NCBI GenBank assembly: GCA_964016885.1
Contig: OZ024740.1
Coordinates: 8,060,001 to 8,124,000, forward strand
DNA from: Eledone cirrhosa
Lineage: Eukaryota
Direction of reading: 5' to 3'
DNA length: 64,000 nt
Position 1 is the stretch's first letter; each line of letters begins with the position of its first letter. The position numbers and the translations under genes were made by a program. Below the pieces are notes generated by a model. That model was not told where the DNA came from and made no database searches. It was given only the letters and a program-made list of their open reading frames with translations. This document shows, piece by piece, positions 52,101 to 64,000 of this stretch.

Positions 52101-55100
52101 ATCTATTGATATATCAGTTTTGATTGGTATATCAGTTCCGATTGGTATATCAGTTTCGATTGGTAAGTCAGTTTCTATTTGTATATCAGTTTCTATTGGT
52201 ATATCAGTTTCGATTGGTATATCAGTTTTACGATTTGTATATCAGATCCTATTGCTATATCAGTTTCTATTGGTATGTTAGTTTCTATTGGTATATCAGC
52301 TTCGATTAGTATGTCAGTATCTATTGGTATGTCAGTTTCGCTTGGTATGTCATTTTCGATTGGTATATCAGTTTCTATTGGTATGACAGTTTTGATTGGT
52401 ATATCAGTTTCGATTGGTATGTCAGTTTGGATTGGTATATCAGTTTCAACTGGTATGTCAGTTTCTATTGGTATATAAGTTTCTATTGGTATGTCACTTA
52501 TGATTGGTATATCAGTTTCTGTTGGTTCGTTATTTTCGATTAGTATATCACTTTCTATTGGTATGTGAGTTTCTATAGATATATCAGTTTCGATTGGTAT
52601 ATCAGTGTTGATTGGTATATCTGTTTCGATTGGTATGTCAGTTTCGATTGGTACATCAGTTTCGATTGGTATGTCAGTTTCGATTGGTATGTCAATTTCG
52701 ATAGGTATATTACTTTCTATTGATATGTCAGTATCAATTAGTATATCAGTTTCTTTTGGTAGGTCAGTTTCGATTGGTATGTTAGTCCTCGAATTGTATG
52801 TCAGTTTCTAATGGTATATCAGTTTCGATTGGTATGTCAGTTTCGATTGGTATATCAGTTTCGATTGGTATGTCAGTTTCGATTAGTATATCAGTTTCTA
52901 TTGGTATGTCAGTTTCTATTGGTATATCAGCTTTGATTGGTATATCGGTTTCGATTAGTATGTCAGTTTCTATTGTTATGTCAGTTTTGATTAGTATATC
53001 AGTTCCTATTGGTATGTCAGTTTAGATTGGTATGTCAGTTTCGATAGGTATGTCAGTTTTTATTGGTATATCAGTTTCGATTGGTATGTCAGTTTCTCTT
53101 GGTATCTCAGTTTCGATTATTATATCAGTTAATATTGGTATGTCAGTTTCGATTGGTATGTCATTTTCGATTGGTATATGAGTTTCTATTGGTATGACAC
53201 TTTCGATTGGTATATCAGTTTGGATTGGTATCTCAGTTTGGATTGGTATGTCAGTTTGGCTTGGTATGTCAGTTTCGATTCGTATGTCAGTTTCAATTGG
53301 TATGTCAATTTCGATTGGTATATCAGTTTTGATTAGTATGTTAGTTTCTATTGGAATATCAGTTTCGATTGGTATGTCAGTTTCGATAGGTATGTCAGTT
53401 TTTATTGGTATATCAGTTTCGATTGGTATATCAGTTTCGATTAGTATGTCAGTTTCTATTGGTATGTTAGTTTCGATGAGTATATAAGTTTCTATTGGGA
53501 TGTCAGTTTTGATCGGTATGTCTGTTTCTATTGATATATCAGTTTTGATTGGTATATCAGTTTCGATTGGTATATCAGTTTAGATTGGTATGTCACTTTC
53601 TATTGGTATGTCAGTTTCTATTCATATATCAGTTTCAATTGGTATATCAGTTTCTATTGTTATATCAGTTTCGATTAGTATGTCAGTTTCGATTGGTATA
53701 TCAGTTTCGACAGGTATATCAGTTTCGATTAGTATAATCAGTTTCTATTGGTATGTCAGTTTCTATTGGTATATAAGTTTTGATTGGTATATCAGTTTCT
53801 ATTGGTATGTCAGTTTTGATTGGTATATCAGTTTCGATTGGTATGTCAGTTTCGATTGGTATGTCAGTTTCGATTGGTATGTCAGTTTCTATTGGTATAT
53901 CAGTTTCTACTGGTATGTCAGTTTTGATTGGTATATCAGTTTCGATTGGTATGTCAGTTTTGATTAGTATATCACTTTCTATTGGTATGTCAGTTTCTAT
54001 TGATATGTCAGTTTCTATTCATATATCAGTTTCGATTGGTATATCAGTTTTGATTAGTATGTCAGTTTCTATTAGTATGTTAGTTTCGATTAGTATATCA
54101 GTTTCTATTTGTATGTCAGTTTCGATTGGTATGTCAGTTTCTATTCATATATCAGTTTCGATTGGTATATCAGTTTTGATTGGTATATCAGTTTCTATTG
54201 GTATATCAGTTTCAATTGGTATATCAGTTTGGATTGTTATATCAGTTTCGATTGGTATATCAGTTTCGACTGGTATGTCAGTTTCGATTAGTATATCAGT
54301 TTCTATTGGTATGTCAGTTTCTATTGGTATATCAGTTTCGATTGGTATATCAGTTTCGATTAGTATGTCAGTTTCTATTAGTATGTTAGTTTCGATTAGT
54401 ATATCAGTTTCTATTAGTATGTCAGTTTCGATTAGTATGTCAGTTTCTATTCATATATCAGTTTCGATTGGTATATCAGTTTCGATTGGTATATTAGTTT
54501 CGATTGGTATGTCAGTTTCTATTGGTATATCAGTTTCTATTGGTATGTCAGTTTTGATTGGTATATCAGTTTTGATTGGTATGTCAGTTTCGATTGGTAT
54601 GTCAGTTTCAATTGGTATATCCGTTCCGATTGGTATGTCAATTTCGATTGGTATGTCAGTTTCGATTGGTATATCAGTTTCGATTGGTATGTCAGTGTTT
54701 ATTGGTATGTTAGTTTCGATTAGTATATCACTTTCTATTGGTATGTCAGTTTCGATTGGTATGCCTATTTCTATTGATATATCAGTTTCGATTGGAATAT
54801 CAGTTTTGATTGGTATATCAGTTTCGATTGGTATGTCAGTTTCTATTGGTATATCAGTTTCTATTGGTATGTCAGTTTTGATTGGTATATCAGTTTTGAA
54901 TGGTATGTCAGTTTCGATTGGTATGTCAGTTTTGATTGGTATATCAGTTCCGATTGGTATGTTAGTTTCAATTAATATATCAGTTTCTATTCGTATGTCA
55001 GTTTCAATTAGTATATCAGTTTCGATTAGTATATCACTTTCTATTGCTATATCAGTTTCGATTGGTATGTCAGTTTCGATTAGTATGTAAGTTTCTATTG

Positions 55101-58100
55101 GTATGTTAGTTTCGATTAGTATATCAGTTTCTATTGATATATCAGTTTCGATTGGAATATCAGTTTCGATTGGTATATTAGTTTCGATTGGTATGTCAGT
55201 TTCTATTGGTATATCAGTTTCTATTGGTATGTCAGTTTTGATTGGTATATCAGTTTCGATTAGTATGTCAGTTTCGATTGGTATATCAGTTTGGATTGGT
55301 ATGTGAGTTTGGATTGGTATGTCAGTTTCGATTGGTATATCAGTTTGGATTAGTATGTTAGTTTCTATTGGTATATCAGTTTCGATTGGTATATCAGTTT
55401 CGACTGGTATGTCAGTTTTGATTAGTATATCAGTTTCTATTGGTATGTCAGTTTCTATTGGTATATCAGTTTCGATTGGTATATCAGTTTCGATTAGTAT
55501 GCTAGTTTCCATTGGTATGTTAGTTTCGATTAGTATATCAGTTTCTATTGGTATGTCAGTTTCGATTGGTATGTCAGTTTCTATTCATATAACAGTTTCG
55601 ATTGGTATATCAGTTTCGATCGGTATATCAGTTTCGATTGGTATGTCAGTTTCGATTGGTATATCAGTTTCGATTGGTATGTCAGTTTCTATTGGTATAT
55701 CAGTTTCTATTGGTATGTCAGTTTCAATTAGTATATCAGTTTCTATTGGTATGTCAGTTTCAACTGGTATGTTAGTCCTCGAATTGCATGTCAGTTTCTA
55801 TTGGTATATCAGTTTCTATTGGTATGTAAGTTTCTATTGGTATATCAGCTTTGATTGGTATATTAGTTTCGATTAGTATGTCAGTTTCTATTGTTATGTC
55901 AGTTTTGATTAGTATATCAGTTTCTATTGGTATGTCAGTTTAGATTGGTATGTCAGTTTCCATTGGTATGTCAGTTTCGATAGGTATGTCAGTTTTTATT
56001 GGTATATCAGTTACCATTGGTATGTCAGTTTCGATTGGTATGTCATTTTCGATTGGTATATGAGTTTCTATTGTTATGACAGTTTCGATTGGTATATCAG
56101 TTTGGATTGGTATCTTAGATTGGATTGATATGGCAGTTTGGCTTGGTATGTCAGTTTCGATTCGTATGTCAGTTTCAATTGGTATGTCAATTTCGATTGG
56201 TATATCAGTTTCGAATAGTATGTTAGTTTCTACTGGAATATCAGTTTCGATTGGTATATCAGTTTAGATTGGTATGTCAGTTTCGATTGGTATATCAGTT
56301 TCGACTGGTATATCAGTTTCGATTAGTATAATCAGTTTCTATTGGTATGTCAGTTTCTATTGGTATATCAGTTTCGATTGGTATATCAGTTTTGATTAGT
56401 ATGTCAGTTTCTATTGGTATGTTAGTTTCGATGAGTATATAAGTTTCTATTGGTATGTTAGTTTTGATCGGTATGTCAGTTTCTATTGATATATCAGTTT
56501 TGATTGGTATATCAGTTTCGATTAGTATGTCAGTTTCTATTAGTATGTTAGTTTCGATTAGTATATCAGTTTCTATTCGTATGTCAGTTTCGATTGGTAT
56601 GTCAGTTTCTATTCATATATCAGTTTCGATTGGTATATCAGTTTCTATTGTTATATCAGTTTCGATTAGTATGTCAGTTTCGATTGGTATATCAGTTTCG
56701 ACTGGTATATCAGTTTCGATTAGTATAATCAGTTACTATTGGTATGTCAGTTTCTATTGGTATATCAGCCTCGATTGGTATATCAGTTTCGATTAGTATG
56801 TCAGTTTCTATTGGTATGTTAGTTTCGATTAGTATATCAGTTTCTATTGGTATGTCAGTTTCGATCGGTATGTCAGTTTCTATTGATATATCAATTTTGA
56901 TTGGTATATCAGTTTCGATTGGTAAATCAGTTTCGATTGGTATGTCAATTTCTATTGGTATATCAGTTTCTATTGGTATGTCAATTTTGATTGGTATATC
57001 AGTTTCTATTGGTATATCAGTTTCGATTGGTATATCAGTTTCGATTGTTATATCAGTTTCGATTGGTATATCAGTTTCGACTGGTATGTCAGTTTCGATT
57101 AGTATATCAGTTTCTATTGGTATGTCAGTTTCGATTGGTATATCAGTTTCAATTGGTATATCAGTTTCGATTGGTATGTCAATGTCTATTGGTATGTCAG
57201 TTTCGATTAGTATATCACTTTTTATTGGTATGTCAGTTTCGATTGGTATATCGGTTTTGATTTGTATATCAGTTTCGATTGGTATGTCAGTTTCTTTTGG
57301 TATATCAGTTTCTATTGGTATGTCAGTTTTGATTGGTATATCAGTTTTGACTGGTATATCAGTTCCGATTGGTATGTCAGTTTCGATTGGTACGTCAATT
57401 TCGAGAGGTATATTATTTTCTATTGGTATGTTAGTTTCAATTAATATATCAGTTTCTATTGGTATGCCAGTTTCAATTAGTATATCAGTTTCGATTGGTA
57501 TATCAGTTTCGATGGTATGTCATTTTCGATTGGTATGTTAGTCCTCGAATTGTATGTCAGTTTCTATTGGTATTTCAGTTTTGATTAGTATATCAGTTTC
57601 GTTTGGTATATCAGTTTCGATTGGTATGTCAGTTTCTATTGGTATATCAGTTTCTACTGGTATGTCAGTTTTGATTGGTATATCAGTTTCGATTGGTATG
57701 TCAGTTTCGATTGGTATATCAGTTCCGATTGGTATGTTAATTTCGATTGGTATATCAGTATCTATTGGTATGTCAGTTTCGATTGGTATGTCAGTTTCTA
57801 TTGGTATATCAGTTTCGATTGATATATCAGTTTCGATTAGTATATCAGTTTCTATTGGTATGTCAGTTTGATTGTTATATCAGTTTCGATTCGTATATCA
57901 GTTCGTATTGCTATATCAGTTTCTATTGGTATGTCAGTTTCAATTGGTATGTAAGTTTCTATTGGTATGTCAGTTTCAATTGGTATATCAGTTTCTATAG
58001 GTATATCAGTTTCGATTGATATATAAGTTTCGATTAGTATGTTAGTTTCTACTGGTATGTCAGTTTGGAGTAGTATGTCAGTTTCTATTGGTATATCAGT

Positions 58101-61100
58101 TTCTATTTGTATGTCAGTTTTGATTGGTATATCAGTTTCGATTGGTATGTCAGTTTCGATTGGTATATCAGTTTCGATGGTATGTCAATTTCGATTGGTA
58201 TATCAGTTTCGATTAGTATGTCAGTTTCTATTGGTATATCAGTATCTATTGGTATATCAGTTTCGATTGATATATCAGTTTCGATTAGTAGGTCAGTTTC
58301 TACTGGTATGTCAGTTTGGATTGGTATGTTAGTTTCGATTGGTATGTCAGTTTCGATTGGTATGTCAATTTCGATTGGTATATCAGTTTCGATTAGTATG
58401 TTAGTTTCTATTGGAATATCAGTTTCGATTTATATATCAGTTTCGATTCGTATGTCAGTTTCTATTGGTATATCAGTTTTGACTGGTATATCAGTTTCGA
58501 TTAGTATAATCAGTTTCTATTGGTATGTCAGTTTCTATTGATATATCAGTTTTGATTGGTATATCAGTTTCGATTGGTAAGTCAGTTTCTATTGGTATTT
58601 CAGTTTCTATTGGTATGTCAGTTTTGATTGGTATGTCAGTTTTGATTGGTATGTCAGTTTTGATTGGTATGTCAGTTTCTATAGGTATGTCAGTTTCTAT
58701 TGGTATATCAGTTTCGATTAGTATATCAGTTTCTACTGGTATGTCAGTTTCGATTAGTATATCAGTTTCTATTGGTATGTCAGTTTCGATTGGTATATCA
58801 GTTTCGATTCGTATATCAGTTCCAATTGCTATATCAGTTTCTATTGGTATGTCAGTTTCAATTCGTATGTAAGTTTCGATTGGTATATCAGTTTCAATTG
58901 GTATGTCAGTTTCAATTAGTATATTTGTTTCGATTGGTATGTCAATTTCAATTAGTATATCAGTTTCTATTGGTATATCAGTTTCGATTGGTATGTCAGT
59001 TTCGATTGGTATATCAGTTTCGAGGGTATGTCAATTTCGATTGGTATATCAGTTTTGATTAGTATGTCAGTTTCTATTGGTATATCAGTTTCTATTGGTA
59101 TATCAGTTTCCATTGGTATATCAGTTTCGATTAGTATGTTAGTTTCTATTGGAATATCAGTTTCGATTGGTATATCAGTTTCGATTGGTATGTCAGTTTC
59201 TATTGGTATATCAGTTTCGACTGGTATATCAGTTTCGATTAGTATCATCAGTTTCTATTGGTATGTCAGTTTCTATTGATATATCAGTTTTGATTGGTAT
59301 ATCAGTTCCGATTAGTATATCAGTTTCGATTGGTAAGTCAGTTTCTATTTGTATATCAGTTTCTATTGGTATGTCAGTTTTGATTGGTATGTCAGTCTCG
59401 ATTGGTATGTAAGTTTTGATTGGTATGTCAGTTTCTATAGGTATGTCAGTTTCTATTCTTATATCAGTTTCGATTAGTATATCAGTTTCTACTGGTATGT
59501 CAGTTTCGATTAGTATATCAGTTTCTATTGGTATGTCAGTTTCGATTGGTATATCAGTTTCGATTCGTATATCAGTTCCTATTGCTATATCAGTTTCAAT
59601 TGGTATGTTAGTTTCGATTGGTATATCAGTTTCAATTGGTATGTCAGTTTCAATTAGTATATTTGTTTTGATCGGTATGTCAAATTCAATTAGTATATCA
59701 GTTTCTATTGGCATATCAGTTTCGATTGGTATGTCAGTTTCGATTAGTATATCAGTTTCTATAGGTATGTCAGTTTCAATTGGTATATCAGTTTCGATTG
59801 GTATATCAATTTCTATTGGTATGTCATTTTCGATTGGTATGTCAGTTTCTATTGATATATCAGTTTTGATTGGTATATCAGTTTCGATTGGTATATCAGT
59901 TTCGATTGGTATGTCAATTTCTATTGTTGGTATGTCAGTTTTTATTGGTATGTCAGTTTTGATTGGTATATCAGTTTCGATTGGTATGTCAGTTTCGATT
60001 GGTATGTCAGTTTCGATTGGTATATCAGTTCCGATTGGTATGTCAGTTTTGATTGGTATATCAGTTTCTATTGGTATATCAGTTTCGATTGGTATATCAG
60101 TTTCGATTGTTATATCAGTTTCGATTGGTATATCAGTTTCGACTGGTATGTCAGTTTCGATTAGTATATCAGTTTCTTTTGGTATGTCAGTTTCTATTGG
60201 TATATCAGTTTCTATTGGTACGTCAGTTTCTATTGGTATATCAGTTTCTATTGGTATATCAGTTTATATTAGTATGTCAGTTTCTATTGGTATGTTAGTT
60301 TCGATTAGTATATCAGATTCTATTAGTATGTCAGTTTCGATTAGTATGTCAGTTTCTATTCATATATCAGTTTCGATTGGTATATCAGTTTCGATTGGTA
60401 TATCAGTTTCGATTGGTATGTCAGTTTTGATTGGTATATCAGTTTCGATTGGTATGTCAGTTTCGATTGGTATGTCAGTTTCGATTGGTATATCAGTTCC
60501 GATTGGTATGTCAGTTTCGATTGGTATGTCAGTTTCAATTGGTATATCAGTTTCGATTGATATGTCAATGTCTATTGGTATGTTAGTTTCGATTAGTATA
60601 TCAATTTTTACTGGTATGTCAGTTTCGATTGGTATGTCTATTTCTATTGGTATGTCAGTTTCTATTGGTATATCAGTTTCGATTGGTATGTCAGTTTCTA
60701 TTGGTATATCAGTTTCTATTGGTATGTCAGTTTTGATTGGTATATCAGTTTTGACTGGTATATCAGTTCCGATTGGTATGTCAGTTTCGATTGGTACGTC
60801 AATTTCGATAGGTATATTAGTTTCTATTGGTATGTTAGTTTCAATTAATATATCAGTTTCTATTGGTATGCCAGTTTCAATTAGTATATCAGTTTCTATT
60901 GGTATGTCATTTTCGATTGGTATGTTAGTCCTCGAATTGTATGTCAGTTTCTATTGGTATTTCAGTTTTGATTAGTATATCAGTTTCGTTTGGTATATCA
61001 GTTTCGATTGGTATGTCAGTTTCTATTGGTATATCAGTTTCTACTGGTATGTCAGTTTTGATTGGTATATCAGTTTCGATTGGTATGTCAGTTTCGATTG

Positions 61101-64000
61101 GTATGTCAGTTTTGATTGGTATATCAGTTCCGATTGGTATGTTAATTTCGATTGGTATATCAGTTTCTATTGGTATATCAGTTCCGATTGGTATATCAAT
61201 TTCTATTGGTATATCAGTTTCGATTGATATATCAGTTTCGATTAGTATGTCAGTTTCTACTGGTATGTCAGTTTGGATTGGTATGTCAGTTTCGATTGGT
61301 ATGTCAGTTTCGATTAGTATGTCAGTTTCTATTGGTATATCAGTTTCTATTGGTATGTCAGTTTTGATTGGTATATCAGTTTCGATTGGTATGTCAGTTT
61401 CGATTGGTATATCAGTTTCGATTAGTATGTCAGTATCTATTGGTATTACAGTTTCTATTGGTATGTCAGTTTCGACCGGTATGTCAGTTTCGATTGGTAT
61501 ATCAGTTCCAATTGGTATATCAGTTTCTATTGGTATATCAGTTTTGATTGATATATCAGTTTCGATTAGTATGTCAGTTTCTACTGGTATGTCAGTTTGG
61601 ATTGGTATGTCAGTTTCTATTGGTATATCAGTTTCTATTGGTATGTCAGTTTTGATTGGTATATCAGTTTCGATTAGTATGTCAGTTTCGATTGGTATAT
61701 CAGTTTCGATGGTATGTCAATTTCGATTGGTATATCAGTTTCTATTGGTATATCAGTTTCCATTGGTATATCAGTTTCGATTGATATATCAGTTTCAATT
61801 AGTATGTCAGTTTCTACTGGTATGTCAGTTTGGATTGGTATATCAGTTTCGATTAGTATGTTAGTTTCTATTGGAATATCAGTTTCGATTGGTATATCAG
61901 TTCCGATTGGTATGTCAGTTTTGATTGGTATATCAGTTTCGACTGGTATGTCAGTTTCGATTAGTATATCAGTTTCTATTGGTATGTCAGTTTCTATTGG
62001 TATATCAGTTTCGATTGGTATATCAGTTTCGATTAGTATGTCAGTTTCTATTTGTATGTTAGTTTCGATGAGTATATAAGTTTCTATTGGTATGTCAGTT
62101 TTGATCGGTATGTCAGTTTCTATTGATATATCAGTTTTGATTGGTATATCAGTTTCGATTGGTATATCAGTTTCGATTGGTATGTCACTTTCTATTGGTA
62201 TGTCAGTTTCTATTGGTATATCAGTTTCGATTGGTATATCAGTTTCGATTAGTATGTCAGTTTCTATTAGTATGTTAGTTTCGATTAGTATATCAGTTTC
62301 TATTTGTATGTCAGTTTCGATTGGTATGTCAGTTTCTATTCATATATCAGTTTCGATTGGTATATCAGTTTTGATTGGAATATCAGTTTCTATTGGTATA
62401 TCAGTTTCAATTGGTATATCAGTTTGGATTGTTATATCAGTTTCGATTGGTATATCAGTTTCGACTGGTATGTCAGTTTCGATTAGTATATCAGTTTCTA
62501 TTGGTATGTCAGTTTCTATTGGTATATCAGTTTCGATTGGTATATCAGTTTCGATTAGTATGTCAGTTTCTATTAGTATGTTAGTTTCGATTAGTATATC
62601 AGTTTCTATTAGTATGTCAGTTTCGATTAGTATGTCAGTTTCTATTCATATATCAGTTTCGATTGGTATATCAGTTTCGATTGGTATATCAGTTTCGATT
62701 GGTATGTCAGTTTCTATTGGTATATCAGTTTCTATTGGTATGTCAGTTTTGACTGGTATATCAGTTTCGATTGGTATGTCAGTTTCGATTGGTATGTCAG
62801 TTTTAATTGGTATATCCGTTCCGATTGGTATGTCAGTTTCGATTGGTATGTCAGTTTCGATTGGTATATCAGTTTCGATTGGTATGTCAGTGTTTATTGG
62901 TATGTTAGTTTCGATTAGTATATCACTTTCTATTGGTATGTCAGTTTCGATTGGTATGTCTATTTCTATTGATATATCAGTTTCGATTGGAATATCAGTT
63001 TTGATTGGTATATCAGTTTCGATTGGTATGTCAGTTTCTATTGGTATATCAGTTTCTATTGGTATGTCAGTTTTGATTGGTATATCAGTTTTGAATGGTA
63101 TATCAGTTTCGATTGGTATGTCAGTTTTGATTGGTATATCAGTTCCGATTGGTATGTTAGTTTCAATTAATATATCAGTTTCTATTCGTATGTCAGTTTC
63201 AATTAGTATATCAGTTTCGATTGGTATGTCAGTTTCCATTGGTATATCAGATTCAACTGGTATGTCAGTTTCGATTAGTATATCACTTTCTATTGCTATA
63301 TCAGTTTCGATTGGTATGTCAGTTTCGATTAGTATGTAAGTTTCTATTGGTATGTTAGTTTCGATTGATATGTCAGTTTCTATTGGTATATCAGTTTCTA
63401 TCGGTATGTCATTTTCGATTGGTATGTCAGTTTCTATTGATATATCAGTTTTGATTGGTATATCAGTTTCGATTGGTATATCAGTTTCGATTGGTATGTC
63501 AATTTCTATTGTTGGTATATCAGTTTCTATTGGTATGTCAGTTTTGATTGGTATATCAGTTTCGATTGGTATGTCAGTTTCGATTGGTATGTCAGTTTCG
63601 ATTGGTATATCAGTTCCGATTGGTATGTTAGTTTTGATTGGTATATCAGTTTCTATTGGTATATCAGTTTCGATTGGTATATCAGTTTCGATTGTTATAT
63701 CAGTTTCGACTGGTATATCAGTTTCGGCTGGTATGTCAGTTTCGATTAGTATATCAGTTTCTATTGGTATGTCAGTTTCTATTGGTATATCAGTTTCTAT
63801 TGGTACGTCAGTTTCTATTGGTATATCAGTTTCGATTGGTATATCAGTTTATATTAGTATGTCAGTTTCTATTGGTATGTTAGTTTCGATTAGTATATCA
63901 GTTTCTATTAGTATGTCAGTTTCGATTAGTATGTCAGTTTCTATTCATATATCAGTTTCGATTGGTATATCAGTTTCGATTGGTATATCAGTTTCGATTG
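46150..64000 (+). repeat. 18-bp satellite, forward block 3; continues past the window end
   Basis: Continuous forward monomers. Confidence 0.98.
47570..53360 (+). repeat. Tandem duplication, period 3028 bp (3010 after a one-monomer loss); ends approximate
   Basis: ORF offsets 47733/50761, 48830/51858, 49151/52179 (3028) and 49788/52798, 50184/53194 (3010); rare variant TTTTACGATTTG at ~49198 and ~52226. Confidence 0.9.

Noticed and set aside
126-63883. Numerous ORFs of MSVSIG, VCQFRL, WYVSFD, IETDIP and SKLIYQ repeats, up to 581 aa (29859-31604)
   Set aside because: An 18-bp monomer with no stop in most frames produces them automatically; they overlap in several frames and break at random indels.
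1-64000. CRISPR-like array
   Set aside because: Monomers are contiguous, with no unique spacers and no cas genes.
1-64000. Telomeric repeat array
   Set aside because: No TTAGGG/TTAGG tracts; the degeneracy, inversion and kb-scale duplications fit recombination-maintained satellite. A subtelomeric position cannot be excluded.

Overview
About 94% of the window is one AT-rich 18-bp tandem satellite, consensus ATTGGTAT[A/G]TCAGTTTC[G/T], roughly 3,300 monomers by length. It runs on + from 1 to ~8444, is inverted from ~8445 to ~19100, and is + again to the end. Nested kb-scale duplications are visible through shared rare variants (periods about 3527, 2124, 2605, 1206, 3028, 3585, ~8200 and ~14,400 bp). 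Two 5'-truncated, ~98% identical copies of one RTE-like non-LTR retrotransposon with (GAT)n tails interrupt it: ~1.05 kb at 11730-12785 (-) and ~2.8 kb at 43382-46151 (+). The long copy has an uninterrupted ORF with an AP-endonuclease remnant, reverse transcriptase (YADD) and a C4HC3 PHD-type zinc finger. The best lead: both independent insertions have the same polarity relative to the satellite and join it at the same monomer position (TTGGT^AT), and empty paralogous sites exist in the window. This suggests a satellite-targeting LINE with a possible chromatin-reader domain, but n=2. The DNA is eukaryotic; the 3' tail resembles octopus/cephalopod RTE and SINE tails from memory (unverified). 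The repetitive ORFs (MSVSIG, IETDIP, VCQFRL, WYVSFD) are treated as satellite translation artefacts.
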